From positions 256,001 through 320,000 of the forward strand of contig JBBRSP010000003.1 of assembly GCA_038245295.1 (NCBI GenBank): a stretch of DNA of 64,000 bases, given 5' to 3'. Position 1 is the first letter of the stretch, and each line of letters opens with the position of its first letter. Positions 19,163 through 29,527 of this stretch are shown here, one piece after another. The DNA is from Candidatus Binatia bacterium. GTDB taxonomy: Bacteria > Desulfobacterota > Binatia > HRBIN30. Below the pieces are notes generated by a model that saw nothing but the letters and a program-made list of their open reading frames with translations, had not been told where the DNA came from and made no database searches. The translations under genes were made by a program, and so were the position numbers.

Positions 19163-20332
19163 TCAGCGCACCTTCGGGCGGAACAGGCCGAAAGCACTCG
19201 TGTAGCCGTGCAGATGTGTCGCGCCGCGCACCGGGCCGATCTCGCCATTGCAGAAGAAACCGCCCAAAGGCACATCGCCGAAGCGTTCGCGTAAGAGATC
19301 ACTGTCGTGATTCGGCGTTCCGTACAGCCCTTGGCCCCGGCCGAGGCACGAGAAGAGCAGGGCGCCGGCCGGCGGTTCCGCGGCCTCGTAGCGGGAGAGA
19401 ACCTGGCGCAAGTCACGCGTCGATGTCGAACGGTCGCGCAGGTGAAACTGGACGACGATGTTCGGCTCGATCAGGGCACCGACTGCCAGGGCTCCGCGCT
19501 CCGGGTCCATCCCCATCAAATTGCGGATGAGGAAGTCGCCCTGGTGATACTCCTGCTGCTGCGTCGCCATGACCAGTCCGAGGAATAGCGAGTGGCGCGC
19601 CAACTCCTGATCGGGGCGCGGTAGTTCTTCGTAAAGATCCTTGAGCGTATCGAGCGCCGAGCGCCCATCGAGCTCGTAGACCATGTTGTTGTGCGACTTC
19701 GTGACGAACATCGGTTGGCCGATCGGTCGACAACCTTGCGCCACGACGGTGTCCATGACGACGTTGCCGGACAGGGCCACGCCGGTAAGGCCACGGCGGG
19801 CAACCAGGTCGTTCAGGAAGATGGCGTTGGCTCCCGCCTCGCGACCGCCGCTGCTCAAGCCCCCGACGGTTCGCCCCGACGGATATGTCGCGTCAAGGGA
19901 GACAAGGAACGGTGCCGGATCGAAGCTCGTCGGTTCGGGGAGCACGATGAAGTGTGGGTCGATGTTCTGCGGTATTCCCAGGAAATCGGCCAAGCCCGTC
20001 CCCGCGTCCGGCAGCGGACCATCATCAATATGGAAGGGCCTCAGCTCTACACCGGGTAGGGCGGCCGCCGTGATCGAAACGGCGGGCATGTCCTCAATCT
20101 CCCGACCGGCGCCGATGATGGCCCCGCCCGAGGAACCGAGCACGAGCGCATCGGGGAAGTGTTGTTGCAGTAGCGCCGGCACGCGATTGTAGGCGGCCTG
20201 GTGGTGCGGCGAGGCGAAGACGAGAATCAGATCGGCGGTCTGGCCGTCCATTTGATCAACGACTTGCTCGGCCGCTTCGCGGACGGCATCGCTGGTATAG
20301 AGAGCCAATCCAAGGCCCGAAGCCCAACGCAT
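19163..20332 (-). CDS. FIST N/C domain sensor (NosP-like)
   Basis: VAQGCRPIG, VYELDGR, FLIRNLMG.D, GALLFSCLGRG, GFFCNGEIGP..LHGYT. Confidence 0.9.
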   Translation of the reverse strand: MRWASGLGLALYTSDAVREAAEQVVDQMDGQTADLILVFASPHHQAAYNRVPALLQQHFPDALVLGSSGGAIIGAGREIEDMPAVSITAAALPGVELRPFHIDDGPLPDAGTGLADFLGIPQNIDPHFIVLPEPTSFDPAPFLVSLDATYPSGRTVGGLSSGGREAGANAIFLNDLVARRGLTGVALSGNVVMDTVVAQGCRPIGQPMFVTKSHNNMVYELDGRSALDTLKDLYEELPRPDQELARHSLFLGLVMATQQQEYHQGDFLIRNLMGMDPERGALAVGALIEPNIVVQFHLRDRSTSTRDLRQVLSRYEAAEPPAGALLFSCLGRGQGLYGTPNHDSDLLRERFGDVPLGGFFCNGEIGPVRGATHLHGYTSAFGLFRPKVR

Positions 20333-20342
20333 TGTTGCTCCA

Positions 20343-20636
20343 CTACCAGCAGGCGACCGTCAGGTTGCCGCCTTCCTGGGTGCAATGATTGGCAGGTTGT
20401 ACGCCGTGGGGTGCCTTGCGATATGTCGTTTCCGGATCCTCGGCCGTTGTCTGGCCATTGTCCTGGGCGCCGTAGACGAGTTTTGTGGCGATCAAGACGA
20501 TGCCCACATACACAACGATGCAGACTGCGGCGATACCGATCGCCTCTCCCGTGCTGGTGGCATGCGCTGGTTTGGGACGCACGATGCCCAGGCTCAATGT
20601 CGTGACAATCGTGATCACAGCGATCAGGCGTTTCAT
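20343..20636 (-). CDS. Small secreted/membrane hypothetical protein
   Basis: Signal peptide (AHA) plus one TM; C-terminal Cys pair. Confidence 0.65.
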   Translation of the reverse strand: MKRLIAVITIVTTLSLGIVRPKPAHATSTGEAIGIAAVCIVVYVGIVLIATKLVYGAQDNGQTTAEDPETTYRKAPHGVQPANHCTQEGGNLTVACW

Positions 20637-20846
20637 GCAGTTGTAACCTTTCCTGTCAAAGTCGGGCCGTCAGTCCGGGGGGACACTACCGTAAACGCGG
20701 GTCGTTGGCCAAGACCCGTTCTGCGCAAGTTTGAGGTCGTCGCCCCAGGACTCAGGTTGGTGAGACGGCTGCGTCAGCGGCAGGGGACGAGACATATGGG
20801 AAATTATGGAGTAGGAACGCGTAACGGCAAAGGGGGCCGTTTGGTG

Positions 20847-23800
20847 ATGCGCGGACTGGTATGGGTCGGCAGCCTTTTCCTGGCAAGTCTCACCTCTTCG
20901 ATCGTCGCCTCCGAAGCGAGTGCCGTCGCATTGAGGACCGGCTTTGGCGGGCCGGCCGGGTATGGCACGGGGACGGTCGGACCTACCGACGACGGCTCGA
21001 GCTCGGCGATTGACCTGACGGTGGCGTTCGGACCGCAGGGACTCAACTATTTTGGCACGAACAAGACGCAGGTCTTCGTCAACAACAACGGCAACATCAC
21101 CTTCGACGGCTCCACCGGCCAGTACACACCAACCGGCATCAGTGCTGCCAGCAATCCGATCATCGCGGCGTTCTTCGCCGACGTCGACACCAACATGGGC
21201 GGCACGGTCTATTTCCAAGCCGACGCGGCGACGAAGACGTTTGTCGCGACGTGGGACAATGTCGGCTATTTCCGCGCCCACAACGATAAGACCAACTCCT
21301 TCCAGATCGTCTTGCTCGGCCAGCCGACGCCGGGCGACTTCGACATCGAGATTCGCTACGCGTCGCTGCAGTTCACCACCGGCGACGCCAGCGGCGGCAC
21401 GAATGGCCTTGGCGGAACGCCGGCGCGCGCCGGTTACTCGGCCGGCAACAGCATGACGTTCTTCGAGTTCCCGGAGTCGGGCGATCAAAACGCCATGCTC
21501 GATCTGGTCAATCGCAGCAATGTCGGCACAGCCGGCTTGTTCATTTTTCGTGTTCGCAACGGCGGTATCACGCCCCCTCCCACCTTCACGTCTACCGTCA
21601 CGCCGACCATTACTCCGTCGCCCAGCTCGACGCCGACGCCGACCCCGGCGAGCAACTGCTGCGCCGCGCACAACGGCGCCGGTTGTGACGACAATGCCTG
21701 TCAGGCCTGTGTTTGCGCCCTCGATCCATTCTGTTGCGATGCCCTGGCGGGCGACTGGGACGATACGTGCGCCGGCAAGACCACCGATCCGGAAATGTGT
21801 GGGCTGCAGTGTCTTTGCACCGGCGTTACCTGCACCGTATCACCGCCGAGCGCGACGAATCCGGTAGGTACGCGACACGATCTGACCGTCGAACTGACTC
21901 AGTCGGGCAAGGCTGTGGCCGGAGCCGACGTCCATACGGAGGTTACCTCCGGTCCGAATGCCGGCCTGTTTGTCGATCTGATCACCGGTGCCGACGGGCG
22001 CGTCTTCCCGTCTTACATCGCTGGCACTATGCCGGGCGTCGACGTGATCGGGGCATCGGGGATGATCGAACGTCAAGCGTTCGCGTGCACGGCAACCAAG
22101 GAATGGCTCCTTCCCGAGTGCACAATTGATCCGCCGTAGGCGACCAATCCAGTTGGTACCCGTCACTCGGTGGTGGTGAACGCCCACGTCGGCAACCAGC
22201 CGCTCGCTGGCGTTGGTATCACGGTGTCTGTCGAGAGTGGTCCCAATGCGGGCAAGAGCGGCAGCTTTTCGACGGATGCGGGCGGTTCGATTTCCGTCAA
22301 CTACATTGGCGATGGTAGTGGCGGTACTGACGTCATCCGCGCCAGCGGTACGACGCAGGCCGGGGTGCCGTTTACGTGCACGGCGCAGAAGGTGTGGGAT
22401 CCCACCTTACCCGGGTGCGTCATCGATCCACCCTTCGCCACCAATCCGCTGGGGCAACAACACACCTTCACGGTGCGCGTCATCCGCAACAACATCCCCC
22501 TGCCCAACGTGCCGGTTACCTTGAACGTTACTTCCGGTCCGAACGCGCCTGGCAGCACTCCCGGAAACACCGACGGCAACGGAGTGATCACGATCTTCCT
22601 GACGAACAACACGACCCCTGGCCTGGACACGTTCACGGCCTCGGGGGTTTTTGACGGCAAGGCGTTTTCCTGCACCGGCTCCAAGTTGTGGCTGGCGGCC
22701 ACCCCGACGCCAACGCGAACCGACACCGCGACGCGTACCCAGACGTTGACGCGTACACCTACGTTTACGTTCACTGCGACGCGGACAGATACCCCGACGC
22801 GCACGTCGACGTTGCCGCCGACGCTGACGCCAACACGTACGTTTAGTCCGACGCTGAGCTTCACACCGACGCTGACGACGACACGCACGCCGACTGTCTC
22901 GGCGTCACCCTCGTCAACCCGCACGCCGACCGGTTCGCCGTCGGCCACCCGGTCGAGAACGGGATCTCCCAGCGAGACCCCAACGGTGACCGCGACAACA
23001 ACAGCATCACCGTCAGCGACTCGCAGCACGACCGCGACACAGACCCCATCCCGCACGCCGACCCCATCGTTGACGACTACGGAGACGCCGTCACCGACTC
23101 GGTCGGCAACGCGCACACCCTCGATCAGCCCGTCCGTGACAAGAACGGCCACCGGCCTGAGCTCAGTAAGCCCGACGCGCACAGCGATGGTGACCACGAG
23201 CCCGTCCGCCACCCGCAGTCCTACCCCTTCGTCGACGCGTAGCAGCACGCCGACCGTGACCGTCACCGGCAGCGGAACGCCCATGGCAACGCCCACACGC
23301 ACGCCCACGTCGACGTCGAGCCCGACGCGGACAAATACGGCTGCGGTTCCAAGCTCTACCCCGACACCGTCACCGACGAGCAGCGGTGCCATGGCAACGG
23401 CGACGCCGACGCCTTCCGGCACGCTGACGGGCACGCCGACGCGCAGCATAACCAGTTCTCAACCACCCACGGCGACCCGCACGCGAAGGGTTACCGCGAC
23501 CTCCACGGCGTCATCCTCGGCGACGGCGAAAGACACGCCGAGCACAACGTCGACGCCGACCTTTACGGATACCCCGACGTCGACGCACACCCGCACGAAC
23601 ACGTCGACACGTCTGCCCACGGTGCCGCCGCTGGATACGCCGACGAGAACAGTGACGCCCACGGCCTCCCTGAGCCCGATTCCCCCAAGCCGGACGATCA
23701 CACGCACCGCATCACCCACGATTACGCCGACCTTGGTGCCGTCGTTCTCGCCGACACCGTCGCGCACCCGTGTACTGCGCACCGCCACACCAACGATCAC

Positions 23801-25355
23801 CGGCACGTTACCGAGCGCGACGCCGACGATCACGGGAACGAGGCCAAGTCAGACACCGACCGAGACGATAAGCCCTACAGCGCCGCCAACCAGCACAGGG
23901 ACGCGACCCTCGGTGACCCCGACGCCGTCGGCGACGGCACTCGTATCGTTCACACCGACGGCATCACGCACCCGCCTGCCGTCGCGCACGCCGACGGTCA
24001 CGGGGACGTTGCCAAGCGCCACACCAACAATCACCGGAACTCGCCCGAGCGAGACGCCGGAACCTGCGACCCCGACGCCGACGCCCACGCCGAGGGTCAT
24101 GCGCTGCCCCGGCGACTGCAACGGAGACGGCGAAGTGACAATCGACGAGATCCTTCGTCTGGTAAACATCGCGCTCGGCACGGCGAGCATCGACATCTGT
24201 CCGGCCGGTGATGTCGATGGCAATGGAGAAATCACCATCGATGAGATCATCGCCGCCGTGAACGCGGCGCTGACTGGTTGTCCGAGCGCGCTGCCAACGG
24301 CGACGGCGACCAGCGCTATTCTCGTGCCGACCTCCACCGCGACAGCAACAGACACACCGGGCGTCTCGGTTCCGTCCCCGACGAATACGGTAGGAAGCAG
24401 CGGCAGCCTCGGCCGCAATGCTGCGCACACGGTGCCCCTGCTGGCACGCTCGCTGACCACCATCCCGGCGTTGCTGTCGTCCATCACCCAGATCGCGTCC
24501 GGTGGCGCTGGCTTGTCGGCTCGACGCACCGACGCCCAGAAGCCGTGTAGCGGCGGCGGAACACTGGACTTTACCTGCACACAGACGACTCCACGCGTGT
24601 CACCGCGCGACTACGCGGTGAGCTTCAGTGCCTGCCGATTGGCGGCGGGGGCGGGAGATGTGTTGCTGAACGGGTCCGTTACCGCACGTTCGACGGAGGT
24701 TGGATTGTTGGCCACGTGTGCCCTGCCACCGCTCGAGCTGTCGTCGCTTACGGCGACCGGTGTGGACGTGACGTTACACGACGGCGGCGCTGTTGAGATC
24801 GAGCACGCATCGTTCAATGTCAGCGGTTCTCTCAAGGCAACCGCCGACCTGGCTTCATCCTGCCGCATTGGTGCGCTCGATCTGACATTGACCGGGTCGG
24901 TCGTCACGACGGCATCTTCCGAGGTGACCACGATGACCTTCGAGTCGACCCGCCTGCGATTGCAGATCGATCAATTCAGCACTGACTGTGTGCCCGTCGC
25001 CTACCGCCTGACGGTCGACGGCCCCTTGTCCCTGGTCGGCGACGCGATACGCGGGACCTTCCAGTCGACGGTGAGCGGAGTAGTGATGCAGGTTGCTCAG
25101 AGTAACGGGGGGCTGGATGTTGCCTTGTCGGGTAACGCCTCCGCCGATTGTCTCGGTGGGAGTGCGATGTTGAGCACACTGGCCAACGTTCACTTCACGG
25201 CGACGGCTGCCTGTCCTGATGCCGGCGCGGTCCTAGTGACGGCGGGTGGCACGACACGAGTTACGTTTGCGACCGACGAAGTCGACATCGATCGCGGCAA
25301 CGATGGCAGCATCGATGAGATCCTGACGTCGTGCCAAGGGTTGCTCTGCGAGTAG
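20847..25355 (+). CDS. Large surface adhesin-like protein (NIDO, Cys-rich, 3 Ig-like repeats, Ser/Thr/Pro linker, dockerin-like, C-terminal beta domain) interrupted by an in-frame TAG at 22137-22139
   Basis: ORFs 20385..22139 and 22170..25355 share a frame. Repeats read SPPSATNPVGTRH / IDPP*ATNPVGTRH / IDPPFATNPLGQQH. CPGDCNGDGEVTIDE..GDVDGNGEITIDE at about 24105-24281. Confidence 0.8.
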
Positions 25356-25381
25356 AGTCGACCTGACCTGAGGAACTTGCC

Positions 25382-26302
25382 TTGCCCGAGTTGCCTGACG
25401 TCGAGCTCTATCTTCATGCGTTGCGGCCACGCGTGGTCCATCAACCGCTCGGCTCGGTACGGTTGTTCACACCATTCGTGTTGCGCTCGGTGACGCCGTC
25501 CCTTGGCGCCTTTCAGGGCGAGGTAGTGCGCGGTGTAAGTCGGCTCGGCAAACGTATCGTCATGGAGTTTCCCGAGGAACGCTACCTGGTGATTCATCTC
25601 ATGGTTGCCGGTCGCCTGCGCTGGGACGAAAAGCGCGGCGCGAAGAAGCCGGGCAAGATCGGGCTCGCGGCGTTCGACTTTCCCAGCGGTACGTTGCTGT
25701 TTACCGAGGCGAGCGGCAAGAAGCGCGCATCGCTGATCGCCGTGCAGGGTAGGAACGCGCTCGCGGCGCTGGATCCCGGTGGAATCGACGTGCTGACGAT
25801 TGATTTGCGCGAGTTCGCCGCGGTGCTTTCGGCTCACAATCACACGTTGAAGCGCGCTCTCACCGACCCGCATCTCTTCAGCGGTATCGGCAACGCCTAC
25901 TCGGACGAGATCCTGCACGCGGCGCGGTTGTCACCGGTTCAGCTCACCAGCAAGCTGGACGACGAGCGCGTCGAGCGGCTCTATACGGCCGTGCAGCGGG
26001 TGCTGCGCGAGTGGACGGCACGCCTGCAGGAAGAATTCGGCAGTCGTTTTCCCGGTGTCGGCGACGTAACCGCCTTCCGTCCCGAATTCGCCACTCACGG
26101 CAAGTTCGGAAAACCCTGCCCCGTGTGTGCCTCGCCCGTGCAGCGCATCAAATACGCCGAAAACGAAACCAACTACTGCGCGGTATGCCAAACCGGCGGC
26201 AAACTGCTTGCTGATCGGTCTCTGTCGCGCCTGCTCAAACAGGATTGGCCGCGCTCGCTCGATGAGATGGAACTACACATTGCTAGTCGCCGGCATGGTT
26301 AG
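25382..26302 (+). CDS. Fpg/Nei family DNA glycosylase
   Basis: MPELPDVE N-terminus, RLGK, SGIGNAYSDEIL, CPVC..YCAVCQ zinc finger. Confidence 0.92.
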   Translation: MPELPDVELYLHALRPRVVHQPLGSVRLFTPFVLRSVTPSLGAFQGEVVRGVSRLGKRIVMEFPEERYLVIHLMVAGRLRWDEKRGAKKPGKIGLAAFDFPSGTLLFTEASGKKRASLIAVQGRNALAALDPGGIDVLTIDLREFAAVLSAHNHTLKRALTDPHLFSGIGNAYSDEILHAARLSPVQLTSKLDDERVERLYTAVQRVLREWTARLQEEFGSRFPGVGDVTAFRPEFATHGKFGKPCPVCASPVQRIKYAENETNYCAVCQTGGKLLADRSLSRLLKQDWPRSLDEMELHIASRRHG

Positions 26303-26314
26303 GCACAGGTCGGC

Positions 26315-26923
26315 TCACGCCTTGGCGCTAGTCCGACTCGACACCTCGGCATACCAACGCGCCAGATTCTTCTGTTCGGGGGTGAAGCGAATCTTGCTGA
26401 CGCGTCCAAAGTCGATGCCGCACAAAGCCGTGATGTCGGCGATGGTGTAACGTTCGCCGGCGATGTAGCGACGCTGCGCCAGCAGCTCGTCAAGCCACAG
26501 GAGGCTGCGCTCGGCATGTTTGCGACAGATCTCGCCGTACTCGGGAACCTGCGGAAGACGGCCGGCAAAGAACGGGTGCGTGTTGCGGAATACCTGACTG
26601 ATCGGAATCAGCACCTCAAATTCCATGTGGCGCTGCCACATCTCGACCACGGCGCGGTCCGTCGGGTTGATACCCATCAATGCCGGCTCAGGATGCCACT
26701 CTTCGAAGTAGCGACAAATGGCGACGCTCTGCGAGATATGGGAGCCGTCGTCGAGTTCGAGGACCGGCAAGACGCCGAGCGGATTCTTCTCCAGAAAGTC
26801 AGCGGAGCGGTTCTCGGCTTTGCTGATATCGACTTGCACGATCGGCACGGCGATGCCTTTTTCGGCAAGGAAGATGCGGACGCGCCGCGGGTTGGGGGCG
26901 GTAGTACTGTCGTATAGCTTCAT
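26315..26923 (-). CDS. Glutathione S-transferase
   Basis: APNPRRVRIFLAEKG, NPLG.LPVL, SQS.AICRY, YTIADI. Confidence 0.93.
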   Translation of the reverse strand: MKLYDSTTAPNPRRVRIFLAEKGIAVPIVQVDISKAENRSADFLEKNPLGVLPVLELDDGSHISQSVAICRYFEEWHPEPALMGINPTDRAVVEMWQRHMEFEVLIPISQVFRNTHPFFAGRLPQVPEYGEICRKHAERSLLWLDELLAQRRYIAGERYTIADITALCGIDFGRVSKIRFTPEQKNLARWYAEVSSRTSAKA

Positions 26924-26971
26924 CGGTATCTCCTGTTCCCTGAGAACTGTGCTGAGCGATCTTGTCGTCGT

Positions 26972-27742
26972 TCAGTGTTCGTTGAAGTTGCCGTGGCGGC
27001 CGGCGCCGGCCGCGAAGCGGGCGGCACCGCGCTGCGTTTCGCCACTCAGGATCGTCTTGAGGCCGTGTTGGAACTCGTTGGCGATGGCCGCCTCGAGCGG
27101 TACACCCGCTTGCTCGTAGACCGATAGACGGTCGGATCGCATACAAAGCTGCGGGAAGGCGGCGATCTGGCGCGCCAGCTCTTCGGCGGCCTCACGACTC
27201 GTGCCATCGTCGACGATACGATCCGCGAGGCCGATACGCAGTGCCTCCTCGGCGTCAACGGCTCGTCCCGTGAGAATCATATCCAGAGCACGGCCGAGGC
27301 CGATGATCCGCGGTAAGCGAACGGTTCCGCCGTCGATCAAAGGGACACCCCAGCGCCGACAGAAGACGCCGAACTGCGCGCTACGCTCGACGACGCGCAG
27401 GTCACACCACAAGGCTAGCTCCAGCCCACCGGCCACGGCATAGCCGGCGACGGCCGCGACGACCGGTTTCGAGAGCAACATGCGGCTGGGACCCATGGGG
27501 CCGTCCCCTTCGGCTACCGTGCGGTTGCCTTTCCCCGACGATACTCCTTTCAAATCGGCGCCGGCGCAGAAGCTGCCACCCTCGCCATGGAGCACGGCAA
27601 CCAGTGCGGACTCGTCTGCCTCGAAGTCGCGAAACGCGTTGGCGAGGAGATCGGCCGTAGGTTGATCGACAGCGTTGCGTCGCTCCGGACGATGCAGGAG
27701 GACGGTGAACACCGGGCCGCTTCGTTCGATACGCACAGACAT
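26972..27742 (-). CDS. Enoyl-CoA hydratase/crotonase
   Basis: FCAGADL, AVAGGLELALWCDLR, WGVPLIDGGT. Confidence 0.93.
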   Translation of the reverse strand: MSVRIERSGPVFTVLLHRPERRNAVDQPTADLLANAFRDFEADESALVAVLHGEGGSFCAGADLKGVSSGKGNRTVAEGDGPMGPSRMLLSKPVVAAVAGYAVAGGLELALWCDLRVVERSAQFGVFCRRWGVPLIDGGTVRLPRIIGLGRALDMILTGRAVDAEEALRIGLADRIVDDGTSREAAEELARQIAAFPQLCMRSDRLSVYEQAGVPLEAAIANEFQHGLKTILSGETQRGAARFAAGAGRHGNFNEH

Positions 27743-27908
27743 AGAGGGAGTGGTTACTCCCGGACCGCGGTTCTGTCCATCCGGATTCAGGAGCGGCCTG
27801 GCGCCAAACCGTCGGGCGCCGGCGTCGGAGCACGGCACCCTTCGTTCTCGCTGATGTTGCTTAGAGGCGGGGTAGGATTTCCCGCAAAAAACTGTATAGG
27901 CCTGCGTC

Positions 27909-28155
27909 GTGCGATTAACTCCGGCGGAACGCGACAGTTACCAACGCGACGGCTACGTCGTGCGCCGCGAGGGAGGTTGTCGTGGAGGTTCCTGCCGGCT
28001 CGGTTGTCTTCTTTGGCGCGTTGCTGCTGCATCGCTCGTCGCCGAATGCTTCGGCCCGCCAGCGACGCGCGGTTCTGTTGTCGTTTCAGCCGGCCGGAAG
28101 GCCGCCGCAGAGGGAGTTGGTGTGGCGTCCAGAACTTGTCGAACAGTTACCCTGA
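27909..28155 (+). pseudogene. Phytanoyl-CoA dioxygenase (PhyH) family remnant with large internal deletion
   Basis: N-terminus RLTPAERDSYQRDGYVVRRE is joined at about 27972, in the +1 frame, to C-terminus EVPAGSVVFFGALLLHRSSPNASARQRRAVLL..*. The HxD core is absent. Confidence 0.75.
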
Positions 28156-28496
28156 GCCTCCTGCTCCTTGCGTCTGCCTGCTCCCAGGATCAGCGCACCG
28201 CACCGCAAGTGGTGGCAAGACCGGCGCTATCTTGTCGGCAAACTGCGGCGACCGCGTTACCGCAACCCGACGGCACTACACTTTTCTTCGTGCGGTGCAC
28301 GATTGTCGGTGCAGGGGGCGACGATGACGCGGCGGTGCGCCGCGCTGCCTCGGAGTTGTTCAACCAGGTGCGTCCCGACGCTGAAGCCAAAGGGTACGGG
28401 GATGTCGTGGTGAGTGCCGGTCGTGGTGATCAGGGGGCTCTCAACGTCGCCTTCAAGCGAGCCGCCAATGGTGGCTGGATGATGGTCGCGCAGTAG
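28122..28496 (+). CDS. Hypothetical lipoprotein
   Basis: GGAG RBS, GTG start, LASAC lipobox. Confidence 0.6.
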   Translation: MASRTCRTVTLSLLLLASACSQDQRTAPQVVARPALSCRQTAATALPQPDGTTLFFVRCTIVGAGGDDDAAVRRAASELFNQVRPDAEAKGYGDVVVSAGRGDQGALNVAFKRAANGGWMMVAQ

Positions 28497-28505
28497 GGCG
28501 AACCT

Positions 28506-28952
28506 CTATCGTCCGCCGAGCGGTAGCTTCAGGTGCCGACTGAGGTCGCCGAGCAAGTCGGTGAAGATAAACCGCTCACGCAAACGCCAGCCGCTGCCGG
28601 GATTGTCGAACTTATCCTCGTAACGACCGGCGATAATCACTTGGAGAGGCAGGTCGGGCCTCGCCTGCAGCACTGTGAAGTAAGACTGTGCGCGAGCGGT
28701 GCCGGCTACGGTGTCGATGTCGATCATGAGGTTGGTGGTGACGTGTTTCGTACAAGGGACACCGTCATAGGTGCGCACGGTGGTGCGCCAAATATTGAGG
28801 ACCGCGTCGCGACCCTGATGCACGACGGGGCTGACATTGCTGCGCATGGTGGCGTGCTCGAACAACGCGGCCGCGCCTTCGAAGTCGCCGAGGTCGAGGC
28901 GTTGCGCGTACGTGAAGACGATGCGTTCGATGGCTTGGCGGTCTGGATCCAT
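28506..28952 (-). CDS. SnoaL/NTF2-like protein
   Basis: YAQRLDLGDF, TKHVTTN, ARAQSYFTV, GRYED.F. Confidence 0.85.
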   Translation of the reverse strand: MDPDRQAIERIVFTYAQRLDLGDFEGAAALFEHATMRSNVSPVVHQGRDAVLNIWRTTVRTYDGVPCTKHVTTNLMIDIDTVAGTARAQSYFTVLQARPDLPLQVIIAGRYEDKFDNPGSGWRLRERFIFTDLLGDLSRHLKLPLGGR

Positions 28953-28978
28953 GGGAGCTTGTGATGGGAGACGACCGT

Positions 28979-29398
28979 CTAACGTCCGCGAGTTGCCGTC
29001 CATTTCTTGGCCTCGAGGTCGAGCGACAGCGAGTTGATGCAGTAGCGCGTCCCCGTCGGCTGCGGCCCGTCGGGGAAAGCGTGTCCAAGATGGGCATCAC
29101 AGCGGCCGCACATGACTTCGACGCGGCGCATTCCATGGCTGAGATCGGTTTCCTCGCGGATCGAGTCAGGACTTACGGGCTGATAGAAGCTCGGCCAGCC
29201 GCTGCCGGATTCGTATTTTGTCTCCGAGCTGAACAACGGGTTGCCGCAGGCGACGCAGCAATACATACCGGTCTCGGTGCAGTGGTAATACTTGCCGGTA
29301 AAGGGCCGCTCCGTTGCCTTCTGGCGGCACACGGCGAATTGTTCGTCACTGAGCTCTTGACGCCACTCGTCGTCGGATTTGATCACTTTGTCTGCCAT
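28979..29398 (-). CDS. msrB: Methionine-R-sulfoxide reductase
   Basis: TERPFTG, GSGWPSF, HLGH.FPDGP, RYCINS. Confidence 0.96.
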   Translation of the reverse strand: MADKVIKSDDEWRQELSDEQFAVCRQKATERPFTGKYYHCTETGMYCCVACGNPLFSSETKYESGSGWPSFYQPVSPDSIREETDLSHGMRRVEVMCGRCDAHLGHAFPDGPQPTGTRYCINSLSLDLEAKKWTATRGR

Positions 29399-29527
29399 TC
29401 GGGTTCCTCTCGTCGACACCTTCTATTTGAAGGCATCCGCGCCGCGGATCAAGAGTCTCCTCCGCCTTTGCCTGCTCGCCGCGTTCGCCTTGCCTGTAGA
29501 GCGGTAGGCCGTGTGCCAGCCGCGACG

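Noticed and set aside
22137..22139. Pyrrolysine or global TAG reassignment
   Set aside because: No pyl genes in the window, TAG terminates many ordinary genes here, and the site is a non-catalytic repeat position.
22690..24100. Repetitive DNA resembling an array
   Set aside because: Low-complexity coding sequence (TPT repeats); no constant repeat with unique spacers, so not CRISPR.
22301..24931. Long Val/Gly-rich minus-strand ORFs
   Set aside because: Antisense shadows of the Thr/Pro-rich linker of the adhesin.
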